Of a stretch of 64,000 nt of DNA, positions 53,536-64,000 are shown piece by piece. Position 1 is the first letter of the stretch. Every line of letters starts with the position of its first letter. Where the stretch lies: the NCBI RefSeq assembly GCF_001194135.2, contig NC_068988.1:90026800-90090799 (forward strand), given 5' to 3'. The notes under the pieces are model-generated. The model worked only from the letters and a program-made list of their open reading frames with translations. It did not search any database and had not been told where the DNA came from. Made by a program: the position numbers and the translations under genes. Source of the stretch: Octopus bimaculoides. Taxonomy: Eukaryota.

Positions 53536-53640
53536 CAGGAATCTTTCACTTTCCGTCAACCGAAACCACTCACCAGGCTTTGGTCGACCCGAGGTTATAG
53601 AGGAAAAAAACTTACCCCAGATGCCACGCAATAGGACTGA
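53200..53640. mobile_element. Module B SINE (+) and family A SINE (-) joined by an ~90-bp (TG)n array
   Basis: Homology to other copies in the window; (TG)n at ~53444-53534. Confidence 0.7.
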
Positions 53641-53809
53641 AACCGGAAAAATGTGGCACTGGCCAGCTGAAAAAATTGTGTCCCGAAAGTGACGCTGGAA
53701 TTGATGTATGTCCGAGTCAATATCCCATTCCTTTCTTTTCAAATATTGTAGAGTATTTGAAGTGATATTTGATGTGTAAGGTACGATTTCTGTAGGTGTA
53801 TGCCTTAGT

Positions 53810-54300
53810 TGTTAGTGCGATGCATTCATGATCGTAAGATTGTAGTCTCAATTCCGGGATTCATCGCGTTCTTTGTCAAAACACTTAGTTTCACGCTGCT
53901 TCAGTCCATTTAGTTGGCAATAATGAGTAATCCTATGACAGACCAGTGTCGCATCTACGGAGAGTAGGGAACATATACGTTCCAGAGTCCGAGTTAAAGG
54001 CCTTATCAGTCAATGGCTCAGTAACAGCTGTTGATAATTTGTCTTTTTGCGTGTAGGTGCGTGGTTTACTGTTTAGGTTGTTTGAACATCGATCATATAA
54101 TAGTGATTTTGATTCCTAGACCGGGTGATTCCTTGCTTTCATGAGCAAAATTATTGCTTTCATGTTGCTCCAATTCACCCAGCTGGCCAAAATGATTAGT
54201 TCTGCGTCGGACCGGTGACCCGTCTAGGAATGCAAGGGAATATATACGACATAGAATCTAAGAAACATGCCTTATGGGTCTATGGCTCTGGAATGACCAT
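53810..54300 (+). mobile_element. Two old tRNA-derived CORE-like SINE remnants
   Basis: Degenerate A/B boxes followed by AAAACACTTAGTTTCACG...CAGTCCATTTAG and TTGCTCCAATTCACCCAGCTG. Confidence 0.45.
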
Positions 54301-54687
54301 TGGTTCTTTATTTGAAGGTACGATTTTCGCTTGTACCCAATTCAGTATTTTAAAAGTGATGCTTACCTAGGCCAACTTACAATGAAAGACATTCTATTTA
54401 GAATATTTTTCAGTATTGATTCCAAATTTTCCTTTTGTTGAACAAGCTACGATCGTATAGATTGGGTTATAGGCTAATATTGGCAAAGATTGGGTTAAAC
54501 TGTCGCGTGGACATAATGCTGTCAGACATTCTTTGTGTAAAAGGGTCCATACCTCGAAATAAATACCGCAATGTACTTCTGAACTTTTCTAGTGTTTTGA
54601 TTTTCATCATTGTTCTTAATTAAGTCACCATAATTATCTATATGCGACTCAAAAGAAAAAAAACTGATAGAATCATTTATTCTATCA

Positions 54688-54729
<42 letters not shown>

Positions 54730-54859
54730 GCAGTAAAACAAGTTCTTATTTAACCCGATATCTCTAGATAAATGTATAGTCATACACACAAACATGTACA
54801 TATTCACGGATATATTTGTATAGATATTCTTATGGTGTCAGCGGTATATATATATATGT

Positions 54860-54898
<39 letters not shown>

Positions 54899-55193
54899 TG
54901 AGCGTGTGTGTGTGGTTTATGTATATATATATCTATATATATATAATTGAGCACTCAATATAAGTTCAGTTATATATTCTTTTAGAATATTTCTTTTAGA
55001 ATATTACTTATAAAAGTTATATATATATGTATATTAATAGAACCAAAATATACTTTAAGAATTTTATATAAGGCTACTAAACAAACACTGATCAACGCAA
55101 AATATTGATCACACTTAAATATCGATCGTCTTTGAAATGTTATTCTATCGATCATCATCAAAGAATTCGATTATGGTTGACATGTTTTCTCAG

Positions 55194-55267
55194 ACAAAAT
55201 CTGGACAGGACACTGCTTCGTTCAGCAGGCATTCTCCGTTCTCTATGATAATGGACACATTAAAGAG
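55194..55267 (+). CDS. Candidate 74-nt exon (phase 1/0), KIWTGHCFVQQAFSVLYDNGHIKE
   Basis: catgttttctcag acceptor, GAG|gtgact donor (weak); phase-compatible with 33908-33929. Confidence 0.25.
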
Positions 55268-55557
55268 GTGACTTATATTTTCCAGTGCATCTATGTGAAT
55301 ATATGTATGCCATTTATGCATATCTTTATATATGTGTGTATGAATATATATGTATGAATATTTATTTATTTATTTATGTGTTTCAGCCAAGTGGCTGCGG
55401 TCATGCTGGTGCATATATATATATATATATATATATCAATGTTTTTTTTTTTCTGTCTAATTGTACGTGAAGACAGATGTTTACGAATAATGATGGTATC
55501 TATGAATGCATGTATGTATATATGCGTCTATTACACACACACACTATCACACACACA

Positions 55558-55640
<83 letters not shown>

Positions 55641-56029
55641 GCACATGCACACACACATACGCACATATATACATGCAGGCAGTCGGACCGACAGATAAAC
55701 ATATATATATATATATTTATGTTATACATACATATGCATATATTTACTGAATTTTCTGTTTCTCTCAATTTCGTGCAAGCATGAATGTGTATTTGTGGTT
55801 GTGTGTATGTGTATGTTTGTGTGTATGTGCGCACGTGCGTGCGTGTGTGTGTGTGTGTGTGTTTGTAGACATGTACGTACGCGAGTGTGTGGAATTGTCT
55901 CTATTTATGTAGACAAATAAATATATAAATATGTATTTATTTATATGTGTGTGTGGTTCTTTGTGTTTCTCTGTGTATAAGTATATATTATATAGACATC
56001 TACATTATGTATATGAATGTATATATGTC

Positions 56030-56060
<31 letters not shown>

Positions 56061-56311
56061 NNNNNNNNNNNNNNNNNNNNNNNNNNNNNNNNNNNNNNNN
56101 NNNNNNNNNNNNNNNNNNNNNNNNNNNNNNNNNNNNNNNNNNNNNNNNNNNNNNNNNNNNNNNNNNNNNNNNNNNNNNNNNNNNNNNNNNNNNNNNNNNN
56201 NNNNNNNNNNNNNNNNNNNNNNNNNNNNNNNNNNNNNNNNNNNNNNNNNNNNNNNNNNNNNNNNNNNNNNNNNNNNNNNNNNNNNNNNNNNNNNNNNNNN
56301 NNNNNNNNNNN

Positions 56312-56378
<67 letters not shown>

Positions 56379-57446
56379 TTGTCCCTCATTCTTCCTCGTC
56401 CCTGTTCTCTTCTTCCTTTCATTCCTTTTCCTAGTCCTCCTCATCATTATCAACATCATTATCAGCACCCTTCTTTAGTGTAGCTGCAACCGTCGAATCT
56501 CCAGAGGTCAACGGTAACTTGAAAATAATTTAGACAAGAATTGTTGCCATTCTCAAAGTCAGCTCGAAATTCAGGCACTTCATTTCGTCCTTCCCTTTCT
56601 TTGTTTTTTTTTCTTTCTTTCTCACTTCCTCATTCTCTCTCTCTATCTCTCTCATCATCATCATCATCATCACCATCATCATGTGGAGCAAATATGTCTT
56701 TAACTAGATGTAACAGACAAGGATCTTCTTAGAATACTGTTGGTATAATTGACTTGTATGAAATAGCTTGGAGCAAATGAAAGTTAAAAAGGAGGGGATG
56801 CAACGAGAGCGAAAGAGAAAACGAGAGAGAGAGAGAGAGAGAGAGAGAAGGCGGGAGTGGCAGAGAAAGCTAGAGAAACGGCACTCACCAAAGGTCACCA
56901 TGGTTGTAGACTTAGGTAAATAACTGAACTGATGTAAATTAGCCAATTTGCTTTATTTTACTTTATTGAAATTAAAATGGCTTCCTTTATTTTGCTCAAT
57001 ATACACCTTTATCCTCCAGTCGTCAACATCAATATAAATATCACTAGGACCACCATAAACATTACAACAGCAGTATATTCATAATACGATTCTACAAAAC
57101 TAACGGAGTTAACAATTAAGCCTCTGTGTTCTGGCTTGTGCAGTTTGAAAGAAAAGCCTAATTCCGTCAAATAACACCTTGCTATCCTGGAAAAGAGAAG
57201 GATATGCCTGTGTTGTGTGACGTTAAATATACATAACTAAAATGTCTTTTGTCATATATATTGACAAAGATATCTTAACTGGCGAAAGAATCTTCATTAA
57301 GGGGAACAAAACCAACACCATTTGCCATTCTCTGTTGGTATAATTGACTTGTATGAAATAGCTTGGACCAAATGAAAGTGAAATAGGAGGGGATACAAAG
57401 AGAGCGAAAGAGAGAGAAAGAGAGAGAAAGAGAGAGAGAAGGCGGG

Positions 57447-58582
57447 TGTGGCACCACGAATTCCACACCAGGAATCACACCAGTAGATGCTTTACATTAC
57501 GACTAGCCCTATACAATCAGGAAATACACATCATCAACAATATTACAGTACAGCGAAGGCTACATCAACACAAACGTATACGACCTGTTATATCCTTATG
57601 GATAAACGAATACCCGCAAAAGTGTAATAACAATATAATCGAAACAAACGGCAGTAAACACACGGAACGTAACAACACTCTTTTAAGAACCAACAATCCA
57701 ACACGCTGTCTCGAAATGTAAACCTTGAACTCCAACTTTGAACCATCAACACACGAACTGTGGAACTAGCACGATGATTTTATTTCAAACACAAGGGTTA
57801 AACAAAGAGGGGCAATACACGGAGCAAATGGAGTCGGGGACTTACCGAATGATATTACATATATGAATAAATACATTATAATTTCGGATGAATATGAAAA
57901 CGTGAATGGACGTGGAATGGGTTTGGCCCCCACCAACCACATTCCTGCGTTGAACCGTTTACTTCGTCCTTTTTTTTTATTCCGCTTAGTTAGGCTTTCC
58001 TTCTTAGGTGATATAAAAAGAAGTTAACCAAAGCATGCCCGGAGACGAAGGTGCCTGATGCGATACCTCTTCCACACGTCTTCCATATCACCTCTTTCGC
58101 TAAAGCTATTACGGTTAGAAAACAGTATTTCTCTCCTCTCTTTAGAGGAGAAGGCGGAACGATCTTAACAATCGATTCGGCTGACAGCTCTATTCTCTCC
58201 AGCTGTGACAGTATCCTTTCGGTAGAAACCCACAGGTCCGAGAGACTTGGACACTGTACGATTTCGTACAGAACAGTTTCGTTGCCCTGACCGCAGCGTG
58301 GGAACGTAGTCGAAACCGTGACGCCGTGCCTGGCACTTCGGAAGCAAACCCAAGCCAGGGACTTCTGGAAGTTGTCCATAGGTCTCGGGCCGAAAGTCCT
58401 TTGATGCATGTTGATAAGCTGACTTTCATTGAAACCCAGATTCTCCCGCAGGTTGTCATCACACTTGCCCTCTACCAGCCCGCTATAGTACGCCGAGGTG
58501 GTACCCCCTCCACCGGCCGCTACTATTTATATGCAGTGATCCAGTCCATTCTCGCCAGAGAGCGTCGTACTCTCGCACAACA
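57447..58582 (-). mobile_element. 3' LTR of a Ty3/Gypsy element (TGT...ACA), ~1.1 kb including a nested LINE fragment
   Basis: Polypurine tract AAAAAGGGAGA at 58593-58583 directly precedes TGTTGTG; ends ...GTGCCACA at 57447; AATAAA inside. Confidence 0.6.
57965..58520 (-). mobile_element. L1/Tx1-type LINE C-terminal fragment (degenerate zinc knuckle)
   Basis: YYSGLVEG...MDNFQKSLAW...PRCGQGNETVLYEIVQCPSLSDLW...IALAKEVIW, followed by AATAAAAAAAA. Confidence 0.7.
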
Positions 58583-58599
58583 TCTCCCTTTTTGAGATT

Positions 58600-58950
58600 T
58601 CGTGTTCCATAGGAATAAAGAAACTTTTCATTTATATTTTCATTCTTTTAGTATCTCTTTCGCTTGGGCATTATCTCAAGGTTTTCGGTCTGCTTTCTTT
58701 TTCTCATGCTGGTTCTTCGAGTCTCTATTACTTTTGGTACCGGTACATCGAATATTTCACAGAATGCTTCCATGGGAACTTCTTCCTGATTTTGGGTATG
58801 CCTCTTCCTTAGTTGATTTATATGTTTCTTATTTTCACCGTGTGACCTTTTAATTAGATAAATAGTACTTCCAATTTTTCTGGTAACAAGGCCATCTTCC
58901 CAGCCTTCCTTAAAGCTTTTATAGGTCTTGAAATGCACTTTAGAGAGATT
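58600..58950 (-). mobile_element. Ty3/Gypsy integrase C-terminal remnant (K02A2.6-like tail)
   Basis: WEDGLVTRKIGSTIYLIK...KKHINQLRKR motif immediately upstream of the PPT and LTR. Confidence 0.75.
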
Positions 58951-59580
58951 TCAATCTCCATTTTAAAGACTAAGGCACCACTAATAAAACCTCGCACCAC
59001 CAGAGCAATTATTATACAATTAGGTTCACGCGAAGAGGACTCGATAGTAACTACCAGAACACATCAGTATTGACATCGCCTTAGTTCTGTCTCTTGTAAC
59101 ATATGCAAATTAAAGAGGCACCCATCCTCATTTTGATGATTAAGACATCGCTATTGAGACAACGCACCACCTTAGCAACTATTACACAGTTACTCTCACC
59201 CCCAACCAAGTTTCGATGTGAAAAATCACAACGCAGTAGTCTCGATTCGTCCGTTGCTATATCTTTTTTCCGGCAAATGCAAAATAAAGAGGCATTAATC
59301 CTCATTTTAATTTATACGTCATCACGATTAAGGCAATTCACCGCCACAACAATTAATGCACGTTTACTTTCACACGACAACGTTCGGATCGTAAATGCCA
59401 CAGCACGTCATCCTCGACATCATCTCAATTCTGTCTTTCATGCCAAATGTAACTTAAAAAGACATCACCATTAAGCTGAAGCATTACCAGAACAATTATT
59501 ACGCAATTATTTTAATGCAGCGACGTTTCGATGTCGCCCGACAAAATTGCTCAACGTCAAAATCCCCTTGTTATTACCTT
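58950..59580. repeat. Degenerate tandem array, ~165-175-bp period, ~4 copies
   Basis: Recurring (C)GCACCACC..AGCAA(C/T)TATTA at ~58993, 59162, ~59340 and ~59484; TGCAAA(T/A)TAAAGAGGCA..ATCCTCATTTT at 59104 and 59278. Confidence 0.7.
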
Positions 59581-60139
59581 TAGTGCTGTGTATAAAGAGA
59601 ATAGGCCTTACTCGTCATCTTAACATGCAAGGAAATGTCTCTATCCCTGTAGCTGATATGTCATCCATGCAATTATATCCGTTCTTCTTTTCTAACATCT
59701 AACTTCACACCTCTCATAAAATTTGATCATCAATTTGAGAAATTATTACGATTCTCGATTATTAACTTTCCTTTGAAAAATGTTTTCAATATCATTCCGT
59801 GTTCAAATCCATATTTAACTTATCAAACGTGACATGAATGCTGTAAAAAGCCAAAAGAAAATACAAAAACACGCGGTAAAGAAGGTAACAACACAAGAAA
59901 TATAGCGAGAAGAGAAAACAAGCAGAAATTGGTTTTAAAATGTCACAGTCGTAATATTATCACGAATATTATAATTACTTTAAGCTGGCACGTTCAATGA
60001 GTTTCTAAATAGACTCAAATATACACTTAATTGTATTAGTTTAAGTAAATAGATATTCAATTTGGATATCCAACTTGAGCATCAACTTCTCGGCTTTTCT
60101 GATAGTGATTATTATATTTTTTAATATCGCCTTCCATGT

Positions 60140-60176
60140 GTAGTAATAGCAGCAGCAGCAGCAGTAGTAGTAGTAT

Positions 60177-60208
<32 letters not shown>
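60140..60208. repeat. (CAG)n/(TAG)n trinucleotide array
   Basis: Read directly. Confidence 0.9.
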
Positions 60209-60209
<1 letters not shown>

Positions 60210-60317
60210 AGAGAGTGAGAAAGTTATTGGGAGTGGAGATTGGGGGGGGGAGAATGGAGACATTATTTCTTTAATTCTTGTTGAAATAAACATCTTTGTA
60301 ACATTATGAAGTTAGAC

Positions 60318-60379
<62 letters not shown>

Positions 60380-61011
60380 AACTGTCGATTTTTATTTCAT
60401 ATGCTCACATCTATAATACAGAGTATTTTGAAGTGTATCCTGCGGTGAATAACCATTTAACTGTAGAGCAGATGCATCAATATTTGAAAGCCCAACACAC
60501 AAAAAAAAATACTTTTATATACCCTCTCACACGCGCACATACACATACAAATACAAACATATTTGTGTGTGTGTGTGTTTGTGAGTGTGTGTGTGTGTGT
60601 GTGCGTCTGTGTGTGTGCGCGTGTGTGTGTGTGCATGTGTGCGTGCGTGCGCGTTCGTGTGTCGGTATTGTGTGTCTATGTGTTTCTCTATTCGGGCGTC
60701 ACTTGATCAACAGAACTCCCTTTCTTTAGAGTTACAATTTATTTTCTTACTTGTTCTCTTCCTTTGTATCTTTACTTCTCCATCTTCCCTTTCTTACTAA
60801 TCTTTAGTCATTTCTTGTCTATTCTAACTTAGATCTTCGTCCTTACATCTTCTCTTCCTCCTTCCTTATTTTATTTGTCTCCTGATTCTTGGCGTTCATA
60901 TAATTGCATCTCTATCTCTACCTATAGCTTATATTATGTGTGTATATGTATAAACATATATATATATATATGCATGTATATATCTCTATATATCTATCTC
61001 AACTCTCTCTT

Positions 61012-61043
<32 letters not shown>

Positions 61044-61584
61044 TGTCTCTCTCTCTCTGTCTACATATGTATATATATGTATATATATGTAGGTATATAT
61101 ACACACATATGTATATATGTATGTGTCTGTGTGTGCGTGTAGGGAGAGAGAGAGAGAGAGAAAAAAAAAAGAGAGAGCGAGAGAGAGAGAGAACAAGAGA
61201 CAAGGAACAGCGAAGGGAAGGATAGAGATGTGCTGAGGTTTATACTGAAAATATTGGCAATAATAACACTTATCTGAAGATCACTTTTCATCTATGTATA
61301 TCAAAGTGTAATATATAGTATATTTTCCAACTAATTACAGAATCTATTAAGTGCATTTATGCTCTGAAGACATCAGCGCTGTGAACCAGTTTTCTCAAGT
61401 CGCATTATTTTCTGTTACACCGTTAGGTTGCTTTTTATACAAATGCGGGTATACATTGCGTTAGTATCACAGTAATGTTTCAGTGATGCCCCTGATGTAG
61501 ATCTTTAAACGTACACTCACGTTCACACAGAGTACATCTAGTTTACACTAGCGATTAAATACTGATTGTTTGCTTATATCTGTC

Positions 61585-61800
61585 ATTAACCATTTAGCAT
61601 TTAAACCAGTTATATTCTGTTCTATGTTAGACAAACAAGACCTGGCCTCTCGCACATACTCTGGCCTCTCACACGTACTCTGGCCTCTCACACGTACCCT
61701 GGCCTCTCACACGTACCCTGGCCTCTCGCACATACTCTGGCCTCTCACACGTACCCTGGCATTCTTAAAATCATTGAAATCTCGAAGATACAACTTGTTG
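61585..61800 (+). mobile_element. piggyBac-like MITE fragment containing a 19-bp minisatellite (61642-61760, 6.3 copies)
   Basis: TTAA-CCATTTAGC start (TTAA+CCCTTT-like); unit CTGGCCTCTC(A/G)CAC(G/A)TAC(C/T). Confidence 0.55.
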
Positions 61801-62944
61801 TAGCTTCGGGATTTCATTGATTTTTCGAATGTCATAATTTCGCTAGCTTATAACAGCACAGACTAGATGTTACGAATATTATATTTTCAGATTCGATAAA
61901 CTTCCCAGTAGGGATCTACACAATTTATGTACTCCAATATAGTTTCAACGCAATTTTTATCAATGCACTCCACCCACTGTACCAAACTATACTTTCTTTA
62001 CTGTTTTCGCTAAAAAAAAAAAAACCCTGATTAGATGAAACATTCAAGTTACTGCTAGTCTTTTTAAAATAAGAGAATGATTTACATTGTTTAAGATTTG
62101 TCCTCTTTGATCAGTCAATACTGCATTTTTCTTGGACGGGGTGTATTAATATCGGACAAAATATTTAACTTTTATAGAATATACGTCGAATTTTACCAAC
62201 CAACTTTCATTCAGATTTATTAATGCCTACTAAAACAGATATGTGAATTACAAGTAGAAAAAATGTGCTAGACATGTATTCCCCTTAAGTCAAGATAATA
62301 TCGCCCTTACTTACAAAGGAGAATACAGTAATGCAATGTTTTGATAGAATACAAGATTTAACACCCATTTCTTCCTATTTGATATATAACCCTTTTTGGT
62401 GCTATTGTTATTGAATCTGTGCTTTAAAACACAGTCTCATATTTTATCAGTCACGTCATCAAGAACGTAACAGTTGGCTTTATCTTACATGGTATTTGCT
62501 CGTCTAATGTAATTTTATTTGAAATAAGAATCAAAATAATGTGTTTCTTGGCCCTAGTATCGTTTCCAAAGCAGGCAACATTGCTTGCTGCAGCGTATAT
62601 TTTTAATGCATTACGCAAATCTCCAGAGATTTATATTGAGTCACTAGCCTTTTATAATTATCAATTTTTGACGCACAAAACTACAGTTTATGTCCATATT
62701 TCCACATACACTACCTGCAAAATAAAATGCAGCACATAGCTATATTTGGAATATATATTCATCAGTTTATATTTTAATACAAAATGTAAAAATTCTATAC
62801 AAAGTTTGATGGAATGTATATTATTCAGTTTATATTTTAATAAAAACAAAAAGCGTAAAATTCTATACTTCGTAATACCTTATATAAATAATTAAATATC
62901 CCATGCAAATCAGAGTCCTACGGTTTTCTAAACTTAAATCAACG

Positions 62945-63107
62945 AACATTATTTACATTATTTACATTAATTACATTCGACGGATATTTGTCGTCACCTT
63001 GTTTGATGTTAACACAAAGTTTCGGCTGATATACCCTCCAGCCTTCTTGGGGAAATTTCGAAACTGGGTTCTCATTCCTAAGGTGTTTGTCGATGTTATT
63101 ATTATTA

Positions 63108-63142
<35 letters not shown>

Positions 63143-63240
63143 GTTGTTGTTGTTGTTGTTCAGGTCACTGCTTGGAATGGAACTCGGAATCTCGGGGTTA
63201 ACACCTCACGCTCTTAACCGCTACGCCATATGCCCACAGG
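62945..63240 (-). mobile_element. tRNA-headed, hammerhead-bearing SINE/retrozyme-like element (this copy has a 10-nt deletion of the HHR core)
   Basis: A box TGGCGTAGCGG (63228-63218), B-box-like GAGTTCCATTCC (63185-63174), (AAC)n(AAT)n spacer, then ...CCCCAAGA^AGGCTGGAGGGTATATCAGCCGAAACTTTGTGTT and a (TGTAAATAA)n tail. Confidence 0.8.
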
Positions 63241-63242
63241 CA

Positions 63243-63427
63243 TAATAATAGGAACATCGGAAAATATCTTGGGAATGAGAAGCCAGGTTCGAAATTTCCC
63301 CAAGACACCTGATGAAGGCTGGAGGGTATATTAGCCGGAACGTTGTGTTAACAACAAAGAAGATGAGGACAAAAATCCGTCAATTGTAAATTATGTACAT
63401 AATTCCTCATCTCTTAAATATAGAACT
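63243..63427 (+). mobile_element. Inverted, head-less second copy of the same hammerhead unit
   Basis: Reverse complement of ~62945-63105 at ~85% identity. Confidence 0.85.
63304..63349 (+). ncRNA. Minimal type I hammerhead ribozyme motif (GAAA mutated to GGAA in this copy)
   Basis: GACAC-CTGATGA-A-GGCTG(GAGGGTATAT)TAGCC-GGAA-CG-T-T-GTGTT: stem I GACAC/GTGTT, 5-bp stem II, palindromic ACGT stem III, GUU triplet. Confidence 0.8.
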
Positions 63428-63574
63428 ATATATATATANNNNNNNNNNNNNNNNNNNNNNNNNNNNNNNNNNNNNNNNNNNNNNNGTGTGAGAGAGAGAT
63501 AGCAAGGAAAGTGGGAGAGAAAAGGAGAGACCAAGTTTCTATTATTCTTTTATTCGTTTTTTGTTTCTGTCATC

Positions 63575-63870
63575 TCACTGTGGCCATGCTGGAGCACGGC
63601 CTTTAGTCGAACAAATCGATCCCAGGACTTATTCTTAGTAACCCTAATACTTATTTTGTCGGTCACTTTTGCCGAACTGCTAAGTTACTGGGACGTATAC
63701 ACACCAACATCGGTTCTCAAGTGATAGAGGGGGACAAATCAGACACAAACACGACATGCTTCTTCCAGTTTCCGTCTTCCAAATCCACTCACAAACCTTT
63801 GCTCGGCCCGAAGTTACAGTAGAAGATACTTGCCCAAGGTGACACGAAGTGCGACTGAACCCAGAAACAT
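63575..63870. mobile_element. Module B SINE (+) abutting a family A SINE (-)
   Basis: GTGGCCATGCTGGAGCACGG... and TTCCAGTTTCCGTCTTCCAAATCCACTCACAAACC...TGCCCAAGGTG. Confidence 0.75.
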
Positions 63871-64000
63871 GGCCACTGCTGTGTCTATTAGATTATTTTC
63901 TGCGCATACTGAATTTCTATTTCACATTATAAACGTGCATACGAAATATATGATCAGATAACAGACAAAGACAACTTACGGCTAGTTTTCAGATCCTCTA

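Noticed and set aside
54660-54692. 14-bp AT-rich palindrome beside (TA)n
   Set aside because: Low complexity and short; no supporting context.
61642-61760. Regular repeat array as a possible CRISPR
   Set aside because: Units are adjacent with no unique spacers, the DNA is eukaryotic, and there are no cas genes.
63160-63240. Possible tRNA gene
   Set aside because: No complete cloverleaf or acceptor stem and a mutated B box; it is the head of a retroelement.

Overview
AT-rich, microsatellite-dense animal genomic DNA with about 18 assembly gaps, most next to (TA)n/(TG)n runs. The SINE families and repeat landscape look like a coleoid cephalopod, probably Octopus; this is pattern recognition, not a database match. 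There is no long intact protein-coding ORF: most ORF-track entries are microsatellite or N-run artefacts, and the rest are transposon relics. The relics are two Penelope-like elements (PLE; RT and/or GIY-YIG), a hAT transposase, an R4/Dong-type RLE LINE, two mariners, a maT/DD37D-like element, a Ty3/Gypsy integrase tail plus LTR carrying a nested L1/Tx1-type LINE fragment, and many tRNA-derived SINEs. The most notable signal is two unrelated non-coding elements, each built from two inverted, divergent copies of a minimal type I hammerhead-ribozyme (HHR) unit: a ~360-bp fold-back at 50.2-50.5 kb and a tRNA-headed element at 62.9-63.4 kb. Both resemble PLE/retrozyme-type non-autonomous retroelements, and every HHR copy here carries a damaging mutation. 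There are also several strong hairpins (pre-miRNA-like or possible ADAR substrates) and tentative small exons of unidentified spliced transcripts on both strands. All coordinates were read by eye and TE boundaries are approximate.
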